Source of the DNA: Sulfurovum sp.
GTDB taxonomy: Bacteria > Campylobacterota > Campylobacteria > Campylobacterales > Sulfurovaceae
Direction of reading: 5' to 3'
DNA: 64,000 nt
Assembly (NCBI RefSeq): GCF_036568385.1
Contig: NZ_DATCSP010000026.1
Location: 16,224-80,223, forward strand
Shown: one piece after another, positions 31,575-39,568 of the stretch
Numbering within the stretch: position 1 is the first letter of the stretch
Layout: every line of letters begins with the position of its first letter
Program-made: the position numbers and the translations under genes
The notes under the pieces: generated by a model
Databases searched by the model: none
What the model saw: only the letters and a program-made list of their open reading frames with translations
What the model was told of the DNA's origin: nothing

Positions 31575-32228
31575 CTATTTATCTCTTTCAAGCCATCGGC
31601 CCAATGGTTCGAGTTCATCCAAATGTTTCGGTTCTGTTCTTAACACATCGGCTAAACTTTTGACACCCATAGAGAGAAGGTACTGCAGATTGTCATCAAA
31701 GGTGGCTTTATCTATGACATAGATATTATCCTTGTGGACCTCGAACATATATCCGCCATTGGGAATAGGGGTCATCGAAAGGGTCACGGTATAGTGGTCT
31801 TTGATGATGCTCTCTTTCTGTGAGTACATCAGACCTATGTTGTAGCCTTCATTGGCAAACCCTCTGATCGCAACAACGAGCACTTTATTTTCTCCATCTT
31901 TGGAGGAGTTGAAGATATTGATGATGTCTTTGATCGTCTGGTACCCCGGGATCTTCCTCAGTATGGATTCAAAGAATCCGATCAGTTTTGTCTTCATCAG
32001 GTGCCCCATGATATACAGAAGAAAGAGGAAGATGCTCAGGGCCAGCAATATCCACATGAACTGATGGTTCTCGGGTACAAAGCCGACCCATTCGAACATC
32101 CATTTTGTCAGCAGTTCGATCTTGCCATAGAGCCAAAGCAGTACGGTGACGACGATAATTACGGGCAGCAGTCCGAAAAAACCCTGAAGTGCGGTTTGTA
32201 AAAAGTGTTTGATCAGTTTGTAGTTCAT
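31575..32228 (-). CDS. DUF502 family membrane protein
   Basis: Two N-terminal TM helices followed by 'ILRKIPGYQTIKDI', typical of DUF502. Confidence 0.7.
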   Translation of the reverse strand: MNYKLIKHFLQTALQGFFGLLPVIIVVTVLLWLYGKIELLTKWMFEWVGFVPENHQFMWILLALSIFLFLLYIMGHLMKTKLIGFFESILRKIPGYQTIKDIINIFNSSKDGENKVLVVAIRGFANEGYNIGLMYSQKESIIKDHYTVTLSMTPIPNGGYMFEVHKDNIYVIDKATFDDNLQYLLSMGVKSLADVLRTEPKHLDELEPLGRWLERDK

Positions 32229-32413
32229 GGATAGAGTTCCTTAGATGGTGATGAAAGATAGTTTACACTAAATTGGCTTGTATCTGGTCATAAGGAGTAG
32301 CGTGGTAAAGCAGGATGAAGTGTTCCCAGTGACCTTTTAAGAGAGAGGTGCACGGGAAAGATCAGTCTTGGGGAGGAAGCGCCTTGACGGCAGCCGGAGA
32401 GATCGGTTACCGA

Positions 32414-32719
32414 TTATTCATACGGCTCTTCATAGTAACCGTTCTTCCAATACTTCGCAAACCACATCGCTACTTTTCCTTTACCCATAGGCGGTTTGGA
32501 AGTGAACTCCCATGACAAAGAGGTATCTCCAAAATAGTAATCCTCGTGTGCATCGAAAAGTTCCTGTGCCTCTTCTCTCTCCAGGTCTTCACAATACTGT
32601 AAGGGTTCGCTCAAGTCCTTTTTAAGGAACGCTGCACCGTGACCCTGGTAATTGATACCGCCATCCGCTGCATTTTCGTCATATAGGGTATGTTCTGTTT
32701 TTAGATCTATGATTGCCAT
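32414..32719 (-). CDS. hypothetical protein (101 aa, acidic)
   Basis: Intact ORF. No family recognised. Confidence 0.45.
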   Translation of the reverse strand: MAIIDLKTEHTLYDENAADGGINYQGHGAAFLKKDLSEPLQYCEDLEREEAQELFDAHEDYYFGDTSLSWEFTSKPPMGKGKVAMWFAKYWKNGYYEEPYE

Positions 32720-32818
32720 GATTGTCCTTTTTTCTTCTGAAGCGGCCGCTTCTGTTGATATGGGCGCATTGTAATATATTTTTGGTTAAGTTCTTCAATC
32801 CGGAGATAAATATGCTTT

Positions 32819-34720
32819 TTACTCCAAGCTTTTGAGCCAGATCTCTACATCCGCATCACTGGCCATCTTCCAGTCGGCTCTCGGGCTCAAAGAGATGGTA
32901 CCGACTTTCGGACCGTCAGGCATACACGAGCGTTTGAACTGCTGGGTAAAGAAGCGTCTTAAAAAGAGTTTGAGCCATTTGGTGATGGTCTCTTCATCAT
33001 ATTTGCCGTCAAAGGCCAGCTGCGCCAGGTAGCGTATCTTGGTCGGATGCGCCCCGTACTTGACGAAATGGTAGAGGAAGAAGTCATGCAGCTCATAGGC
33101 GCCGACGATCTCTTCTGTTGCCTGGACGATCTGATCATCCACATGCGGAAGCAGTTCGGGACTGATAGGGGTATTGAGGATATCATCGATGAGTTCCGCG
33201 ATGGCGGCATTGGATTTGAAATACGCTATCACATACTGGATCAGTGTTTTAGGGATGCCTGAGTTGAGCGCATACATGCTCATATGGTCCCCATTGTATG
33301 TGGACCAGCCCAAAGCGATCTCACTGAGGTCGCCCGTACCGATCACCAGGCCGCCTTCCTTGTTCGCCGTGTTCATCAGGATAGAGGTTCTTGCCCTTGC
33401 CTGCACATTCTCATAGGTGACTGTGTGTTCATTGACGTCGTGTTCTATGGCTTCGAACTCTTTGTGGGAGATCTCTGTCACATCGATGGTCTTGAAGGTC
33501 ACACCCAGGGCTTCGCAGAGTTTGACGGCGTTGGACTTCGTACGGCTGGTGGTACCGAATCCGGGCATCGTGATGGCAATGATGTCTTTGACATCCCAGC
33601 CCATCATTTCAAAGGCCTTATGGGTAGAGAGCAGGGCAAGGGTAGAGTCCAGCCCGCCGGAGATGCCGATGACTGCTTTTTTGATATGTGCATGGCGCAT
33701 ACGCTTGATGAGCCCATGGGCCTGGATATGCACGATCTCGTCACAGCGGTGCTCTTTCTCCGCATAGCGTGAAGGAACGAATGGCAGCGGGTTGATCTCG
33801 CGCTCGATCCGGGTGATGTCTGGCAGTGTTCCGACTTTGATCAGCCGTGTGCTTTTGCGTCTTCCGTCGGAGTAGCTTGTCTCGTTGATCCTGAGCCAGC
33901 GTAGTCGTTCCAGGTCGACATCGGCGGTAATGATACTGTTCTCGAGACTGAAACGCTCGTTTTGCGCCAGGGTAGCACCATATTCGCAGATGAGCGCATG
34001 CCCTCCAAAGACCGTATCGGTCGTGGATTCACCCACTCCGGCAGAGGCGTAGACATAGGCAGCCATACAGCGCCCGCTCTGAGTACGCACCAGCTCTTCA
34101 CGGTATTCTGCCTTGCCTATCAGCTCGTTGCTTGCCGAGAGGTTGAAAAGGAGGTTGGCACCGTTGCTGGCCATGTGGTTGGAAGGAGGGGTCACTGCCC
34201 AGAGGTCTTCGCAGATCTCTACAGCGAAGGTCATGTCCTTCGCGTCCGTAAAAAGAAGGTCCACGCCGAAAGGCACCTCTTCGTCAAGTAAAAAGGCTGT
34301 GGTCTGCTTGATATCTCTGCCGCTTACGAACTGGCGTTTTTCGTAGAACTCTTTTTTGTTGGGGAGGTAGGATTTGGGTACCAGACCGAGTATCTTTCCG
34401 TTCTGAAGCACGGCTGCGCAGTTGTAGAGCCTGTCAGCCTGGAGCAGTGCGACACCTACGATGGCGATGGTGTTGACGGTTTTGGTAGCAGTCAAAATCG
34501 TTTCGAGTGCGTCATTTTGAGATGCGATGAGGGTCTGGTTCAAGTGAAGGTCACTGGCGGTGTATCCTGTCAGTGTAAGTTCTGGAAATACAACGACACT
34601 GACCTCTTTGGCATGTGCTTCCTGGATAAGTGTTATGATCTCTTCGGCATTCTGAGCCGGATTTGCTACGATGGTCTTGTTGACTGCTGCTGCCACTCTA
34701 TAGTATCCGTACATTTTCAC
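32819..34720 (-). CDS. nadE: glutamine-dependent NAD+ synthetase (long form, nitrilase + synthetase domains)
   Basis: N-terminal CN-hydrolase domain ('FPELTLTGY', 'EICEDLW'). C-terminal 'GISGGLDSTLAL' PP-loop. Confidence 0.9.
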   Translation of the reverse strand: MKMYGYYRVAAAVNKTIVANPAQNAEEIITLIQEAHAKEVSVVVFPELTLTGYTASDLHLNQTLIASQNDALETILTATKTVNTIAIVGVALLQADRLYNCAAVLQNGKILGLVPKSYLPNKKEFYEKRQFVSGRDIKQTTAFLLDEEVPFGVDLLFTDAKDMTFAVEICEDLWAVTPPSNHMASNGANLLFNLSASNELIGKAEYREELVRTQSGRCMAAYVYASAGVGESTTDTVFGGHALICEYGATLAQNERFSLENSIITADVDLERLRWLRINETSYSDGRRKSTRLIKVGTLPDITRIEREINPLPFVPSRYAEKEHRCDEIVHIQAHGLIKRMRHAHIKKAVIGISGGLDSTLALLSTHKAFEMMGWDVKDIIAITMPGFGTTSRTKSNAVKLCEALGVTFKTIDVTEISHKEFEAIEHDVNEHTVTYENVQARARTSILMNTANKEGGLVIGTGDLSEIALGWSTYNGDHMSMYALNSGIPKTLIQYVIAYFKSNAAIAELIDDILNTPISPELLPHVDDQIVQATEEIVGAYELHDFFLYHFVKYGAHPTKIRYLAQLAFDGKYDEETITKWLKLFLRRFFTQQFKRSCMPDGPKVGTISLSPRADWKMASDADVEIWLKSLE

Positions 34721-34737
34721 TCCAATTAATAAAAATA

Positions 34738-34791
34738 TGTCGTGGCGAACGCCCTTGACAGCGGAGCGATTCGAGAGCCACGACGATTTTT
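34738..34791. terminator. long imperfect hairpin with flanking T/A runs between ppiase and nadE
   Basis: GTCGTGGC (34738-34745) pairs with GCCACGAC (34776-34783), with further inner pairing. TTTTTT follows on the + strand and AUAUUUUUA follows on the - strand. Confidence 0.45.
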
Positions 34792-34867
34792 TGCTTCGTT
34801 TTTTCTAAAAAAATGAAGAGAGAAACAACGCCTCAGTCAAAATGATAGGAAATAAAGCAAACAAAGA

Positions 34868-35389
34868 TTAGTCTCTTGACTCAACTACTTCGATACTGAG
34901 GATGTCATCATTCTGCTGGATCTGGTCAAGCACCATGAAAGAATCCGTATCATCTTCTTCGATCGCACCGAATACCGTATGTACACCATCCAGGTGCGGA
35001 GTTGCTACAAACGTGATGAAGAACTGGCTTCCGCCTGTGTTCGGTCCTGCGTGTGCCATAGAAAGAACACCTCTTCTGTGCGGGTGTGTGCTGGTGTCCG
35101 TTTCACAGGCTATCTGCCAGCCCGGTCCGCCTGTACCTGCCATAGCAGGATTGTCTTTAGAGTGAGGACAGCCGCCCTGTGCCATGAATCCTGGGATCAC
35201 TCTGTGGAACTTCAGTCCGTTGTAGAATCCTGTTTCTGCAAGGTGCGCGAAGTTTGCAACCGTGTTCGGTGCCTCATCTTTAAACAGTTTAGCCCAGATC
35301 ACCCCTTTAGAAGTGGTGAATTTGGCATAGTTGTAGGTATCCATGACAGATTGTACGATATCGTATCTTTTTGTTTCTCTTCCAAACAT
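34868..35389 (-). CDS. peptidyl-prolyl cis-trans isomerase, cyclophilin type
   Basis: 'FHRVIPGFMAQGG' and 'LSMAHAGPNTGGSQFFI'. Confidence 0.9.
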   Translation of the reverse strand: MFGRETKRYDIVQSVMDTYNYAKFTTSKGVIWAKLFKDEAPNTVANFAHLAETGFYNGLKFHRVIPGFMAQGGCPHSKDNPAMAGTGGPGWQIACETDTSTHPHRRGVLSMAHAGPNTGGSQFFITFVATPHLDGVHTVFGAIEEDDTDSFMVLDQIQQNDDILSIEVVESRD

Positions 35390-35485
35390 AGTGTTTAGTC
35401 CTTATATATTTAAATTAGGTTATCATTATACCCAAAGAAAGTTCAATTAAAAAAAGTTCAATAAAAAAGATTAGAGGTTTTAAGT

Positions 35486-36178
35486 ATGGAACTATGTGTA
35501 GCACTTGATCTGCCGTCGGCTGAAGAGAACCTGGCACTTGCCCGGTCGCTCAAATCGTACAATGTCTGGATGAAGGTGGGGTTCCGTGCCTACATCCGTG
35601 ACGGCAAACCTTTTATAGAAGCGTTAAAAGCGATCAACCCTGATTTCAAGATATTTCTAGACCTCAAACTCTACGACATTCCCAACACGATGGCGGACGC
35701 GGCTGAAGAGATCACCAGACTGGGTGTAGACATGTTCAACATCCATGCCTCTGCAGGTGCGGTGGCGATGAAAACGGTGATGGAGCGTCTCTCCACCTAT
35801 GATAAAAGGCCTTTGGTGCTGGCAGTGACGGCACTGACCTCTTTTGACGAAGCGAATTTCCAGAGCGTCTACGAAAAAAGCATCGATGAAAAGGCCGAGC
35901 AGTTCGCGAAGATGAGCTATGAGAACGGTCTGGACGGTGTGGTGTGTTCCGCCTATGAGAGCAGGGCCATCAAAAAGGCCACGTCCGAGGAGTTCCTGAC
36001 GCTCTGTCCGGGTATCCGGCCCTTCGGCGAAGATGCGGGAGACCAGCAGCGCGTCGCAACGCTGGACCTTGCAAAGCAGGAGGGGGTAGACTTTCCTGTG
36101 GTAGGAAGACCCATCTATAAAGACAGTGACCCTAAGAAAAAAGTAGAAGAGATCCTCAAGGAGATCGTTACTTTTTGA
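35486..36178 (+). CDS. pyrF: orotidine-5'-phosphate decarboxylase
   Basis: 'LCVALD' and '[13 protein letters not shown]' motifs. Confidence 0.9.
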   Translation: MELCVALDLPSAEENLALARSLKSYNVWMKVGFRAYIRDGKPFIEALKAINPDFKIFLDLKLYDIPNTMADAAEEITRLGVDMFNIHASAGAVAMKTVMERLSTYDKRPLVLAVTALTSFDEANFQSVYEKSIDEKAEQFAKMSYENGLDGVVCSAYESRAIKKATSEEFLTLCPGIRPFGEDAGDQQRVATLDLAKQEGVDFPVVGRPIYKDSDPKKKVEEILKEIVTF

Positions 36179-36181
36179 TCT

Positions 36182-36304
36182 CTACTTATTGATCTCTTTT
36201 TGGGGTTTGGCCAGATCAACGGCCTGATCCATCCCCTTCATCATGAAATACGCGCCCAGAGCAAAGAGTGCCAGTATGATAATCGGTGTCAGTTTTTTTA
36301 ACAT
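36182..36304 (-). CDS. possible 40-aa single-TM micro-protein (MLKKLTPIIILALFALGAYFMMKGMDQAVDLAKPQKEINK)
   Basis: Hand-translated and below the ORF-track cutoff. ATG preceded by AAGG. One clear hydrophobic helix. Confidence 0.3.
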   Translation of the reverse strand: MLKKLTPIIILALFALGAYFMMKGMDQAVDLAKPQKEINK

Positions 36305-36447
36305 GTTGGAACCTTGTTTTAAAAAGATAGTATCTAATGATAATCAGTTTTTCAGTGATTTTCCTAAAAAATAATTGATCAAAGTGAAAAAAAATCAATT
36401 TAGACAAGATTGATATTATTTTAAGCTTCCATTTACCCCGTTCCTAT

Positions 36448-36453
36448 TATAAT
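36448..36453 (+). promoter_or_regulatory. candidate -10 box (TATAAT) for the tRNA-Ser gene
   Basis: Perfect TATAAT 19 nt upstream of the tRNA 5' end. No experimental support. Confidence 0.3.
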
Positions 36454-36471
36454 CTCATCCACAAAACACAC

Positions 36472-36562
36472 GGACAGTTGGGTGAGTTGGCTGAAACCAC
36501 ATCCCTGCTAAGGATGCGTACTCGTAAGGGTACCGAGGGTTCGAATCCCTCACTGTCCGCCA
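36472..36562 (+). tRNA. tRNA-Ser (anticodon GCU)
   Basis: Hand-folded. Acceptor GGACAGT/ACTGTCC; anticodon stem CATCC/GGATG with loop CTGCTAA; long variable arm; T-arm GAGGG-TTCGAAT-CCCTC; encoded GCCA end. Confidence 0.9.
36544..36562. repeat. left copy of direct repeat (attL-like), the 3' end of tRNA-Ser
   Basis: AATCCCTCACTGTCCGCCA recurs at 38513-38531 with one mismatch. Confidence 0.65.
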
Positions 36563-37027
36563 TTAAAAAAACTTATAATTCTTCATAAAAATCCTTATAA
36601 TATATCAAATTCCCTTGACATCGTACTAAATAAGTTAATTAGATTTAAATTTCGAAAATAGCAATTTAATGATAATTAATTAAATATTTGTACTTATTTA
36701 GACTAAAAGTGGCCAATTAAGTGGCTGATCTTATAGTTTAAACTTTTCCGGCCACTTTAGATAATAATTTTTCCGGCCACTTTCAACATAAACACTATAT
36801 TTTATGTTTCATAAGATAGGTACTTTAACTATAATTGGCCAATTAAGTGGCCGAAATTAGCATTGTTTAATACTGATGCCCAGGGAATAAGCCCATAAGT
36901 GGTCAAATGTCTATCCCTAACTAACCGCCATAAAATTGATAAGGTGCAACTAATTGATTGAAATAGAAATGTAAGATTGAAGCTATACATGATAAACTAA
37001 TTAAATTTATTTAAAAAGGGAAGAGTA

Positions 37028-38305
37028 ATGAAAAATCAATTTAAAGGTTTTTATTCTCCATCAACTCATAATTATAAAAGTATGTGGGAATCTGATAAGA
37101 CTTTATTTGTCTTTGATACAAATGTACTATTAAACCTTTATGCTTATACAAAGGATACTAGAAAAGATTTTTTTAAAATTATGGATAAAGTATCAGATCG
37201 TATATGGCTACCTTACCATGTAGGATTAGAATATCAAAAAAACAGACTATCAATTATAAAAATTGAAAAAAGTATTTTTAATCAGATAAATAAATATATA
37301 GAAAATATTGAAAAAGTATCATCACTTGAGAAAATAAAAGAATTGAAATTACATCAACGTTTTCCAGAGTTAGAAAGTGAAACAGAAAATATGGTAAAAA
37401 AAATTCATGATACTTTAAAAATATATAAGAAAGAAGTCGTATCTGTAAATAAATTACAACCTGATGTTAGATCACATGATAAGATAAGAACCGTAATAGA
37501 TACATTATTTGAAGAAAAAGTTGGTGAAAAGCCTGAAAACCAAGAATGGTTAGACAAGCTATATAAAGAAGGTGAAAAAAGATATTCTAATAAATTTCCA
37601 CCTGGCTATGAAGATGAAAAAGAGAAAAAGGATCATAAAAGTTTTTCATATGACGGATTAAATTATATTCCTATGTATGGTGACTTAATTATTTGGAAGC
37701 AAATTATAGAAAAAGCTGAAAACAGTGAGTATGAAAATTTGATTTTTATTACAGATGATGTAAAGGAAGATTGGTGGTACATCATAGACTCTAATGGTAC
37801 AAAAAGGATTGGAGCAAGAGCTGAATTACGTGAAGAAATATGTAATCAGACAGATATAAATAATTTTGAAATATTAAATACAACAATGTTTTTAGAAGAT
37901 GGTAATAAGTTTTTAGATACAACTATTACAAGTGACTCTATTAATGAAACTAAAAAGAAGTTTGAAAATGAAAGGGATAAATATAGAACTATTTCTGAAA
38001 TTGCTGATAGATATACTGAATTAGAGAAATATATTTCTAAGACATCTAGTCTTGATGAATATCAAAAGTCATTAAAAAAAGACCTTGATAATATATATGA
38101 CTCAGATATTTATCAAAAGTTATTTAAAGACCTTTATGATCTAAATGTTAATAACTCATACAGTATTGATGAAGATTATCTAAAGTCATTAAAAGACTTT
38201 TATAATATAAAAGTTAATAACTCATACAGTATTGATGAAGATTATCTAAAGAAACTCCAAGAACTTGGTAAGGCTTTTAAAGACAAAAAAAAGAAAGATG
38301 ATTAA
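37028..38305 (+). CDS. PIN-like (DUF4935-type) nuclease domain protein with a repeat-containing helical C-terminus
   Basis: 'LFVFDTNVLLNLY' N-terminal acidic motif, 'PGYEDEKEKK', 'YGDLIIWKQII' and 'IFITDDVKEDWWY' match my memory of the PIN-like family. GGGAAG RBS upstream. Confidence 0.65.
   Translation: MKNQFKGFYSPSTHNYKSMWESDKTLFVFDTNVLLNLYAYTKDTRKDFFKIMDKVSDRIWLPYHVGLEYQKNRLSIIKIEKSIFNQINKYIENIEKVSSLEKIKELKLHQRFPELESETENMVKKIHDTLKIYKKEVVSVNKLQPDVRSHDKIRTVIDTLFEEKVGEKPENQEWLDKLYKEGEKRYSNKFPPGYEDEKEKKDHKSFSYDGLNYIPMYGDLIIWKQIIEKAENSEYENLIFITDDVKEDWWYIIDSNGTKRIGARAELREEICNQTDINNFEILNTTMFLEDGNKFLDTTITSDSINETKKKFENERDKYRTISEIADRYTELEKYISKTSSLDEYQKSLKKDLDNIYDSDIYQKLFKDLYDLNVNNSYSIDEDYLKSLKDFYNIKVNNSYSIDEDYLKKLQELGKAFKDKKKKDD
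38126..38257 (+). repeat. 66-nt tandem duplication (2 copies) inside the PIN-like gene
   Basis: Units 38126-38191 and 38192-38257 share an identical 39-nt core (38147-38185 = 38213-38251). They encode KDLYDLNVNNSYSIDEDYLKSL and KDFYNIKVNNSYSIDEDYLKKL. Confidence 0.85.
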
Positions 38306-38496
38306 GTAAACTGTTATTTATATTTTGACACTTTTTCGAGGTTATACTAGATTTTTACATCAGTTGTTCACTAATATCTAGCTAGAAAATTATGTAAAGA
38401 TTTTTACCTATATGAGCTAAATTTTAAAAATTAAAAGTGGCTTCTGAAATGGCTGATTTTGACTTTGTTTGAACTATATACCCTAAAACAGGGCTT

Positions 38497-38510
38497 CAAG
38501 TGGCCACTTG
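38497..38510. promoter_or_regulatory. perfect 14-bp palindrome CAAGTGGCCACTTG next to the attR-like repeat
   Basis: Self-complementary. Built from two inverted copies of the AAGTGGCC motif iterated elsewhere in the islet arms. Confidence 0.45.
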
Positions 38511-38512
38511 TT

Positions 38513-38531
38513 AATTCCTCACTGTCCGCCA
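38513..38531. repeat. right copy of direct repeat (attR-like)
   Basis: AATTCCTCACTGTCCGCCA matches the tRNA-Ser 3' end at 18 of 19 positions. Confidence 0.65.
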
Positions 38532-38542
38532 CTTTAATCCCC

Positions 38543-38568
38543 TATATACCGTATATACCGTATATAAA
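38543..38568. repeat. 9-nt tandem repeat TATATACCG (2 full copies plus a partial third)
   Basis: TATATACCG TATATACCG TATATAAA, read directly from the sequence. Confidence 0.7.
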
Positions 38569-38755
38569 TCACTTTTTTAAATTTTGTTACAACAAATGCA
38601 TGATTTGATGTTTGTTCTAAATAAGTGTCCATCAAAGAGGGGTCATTCCAAACTGTTAATGTCGGGAGGAAACGAGTAGAATAAAAACAAGACGAGACAA
38701 ATAGCTTTAACTATGCTATACTAATATTTTTTAATAAAATTTGTGAGGAAAAACA

Positions 38756-39295
38756 ATGGATAATACAAAAAGAAAATATCTAAAAGGTTTATATATCCTG
38801 ATGGGCATGCAACTGGCATGGATCATCATAACAGTATTGTCTTATCAGTTGATCATTCTAGACAAATATACGTCATGGGTCGATCTTGCATTTTACAGCA
38901 GTATATTCACTGTATTAAATGGGTTTGCAACTATAGCATATGGACTTTATTTATACTTTTATGTATTCAGAGACAGGCTCTCCAAAAACAATATGATCGT
39001 TGCAAAAAAAGTGTTGGATCCTTTGGCTGAATTTGCAGCAAAAATGATAAAAATACTTGTCCGTGCGTTCAATGTTTCAGAGAGCGTCGGAAAGTACACC
39101 TTGATCGTATCTGGTTCTTTTGTCGTGCTGTTCCCTCCGATAGTCAGTTTAATGTACGAAAGCTATTTTGCTTTTTTCCTATTGATCATATTTTATGGTT
39201 ATGTAACGATTTACAGAAATATTTTTATCGAAGCTGTCAAAAGCAGACTAAGTGATCACGTGAAAGTTAGACTAAAAGATGTAGAGTGGATATAA
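38756..39295 (+). CDS. hypothetical 4-5 TM membrane protein
   Basis: AT-rich 179-aa ORF with a GAGGAAAAAC RBS region upstream and several long hydrophobic segments. No family recognised. Confidence 0.5.
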   Translation: MDNTKRKYLKGLYILMGMQLAWIIITVLSYQLIILDKYTSWVDLAFYSSIFTVLNGFATIAYGLYLYFYVFRDRLSKNNMIVAKKVLDPLAEFAAKMIKILVRAFNVSESVGKYTLIVSGSFVVLFPPIVSLMYESYFAFFLLIIFYGYVTIYRNIFIEAVKSRLSDHVKVRLKDVEWI

Positions 39296-39568
39296 ATAGT
39301 CAAAATAATTTTTTAAAGCATATTCAATTATTACAACCCTATAGATTTATACATTTTTAATTCGTTCGAGCTCTTCCGATGTGAAGTGATGATCTTATCT
39401 GATAATAGCAACCAAATTAAAGGGAAGTTTAAAAGGGGAGGAGTTCACATGAAAAAATTTCATGTGTTTGGTTGCTATGTAAGAAGAAGTGTACACGATG
39501 TACACTAACGGTAAGTAAACATTGTTATACTTTTAAAGAGAAAACCTAGAAATATAAGGATCAAATGT

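Larger units (their letters stand above)
36563..38531. mobile_element. putative integrated islet or island remnant at tRNA-Ser, with no integrase
   Basis: Bounded by the tRNA 3'-end duplication. Very AT-rich (hand count 27% G+C at 37081-37140). Carries a single cargo gene. Confidence 0.5.

Noticed and set aside
36563-39568. Integrase, excisionase, transposase or CRISPR array in the tRNA-linked accessory region
   Set aside because: None of the six frames in the ORF track, nor my reading of the short ORFs, shows a tyrosine- or serine-recombinase-like or DDE-like protein. The repeats present are short motif iterations, not a regular repeat-spacer array.
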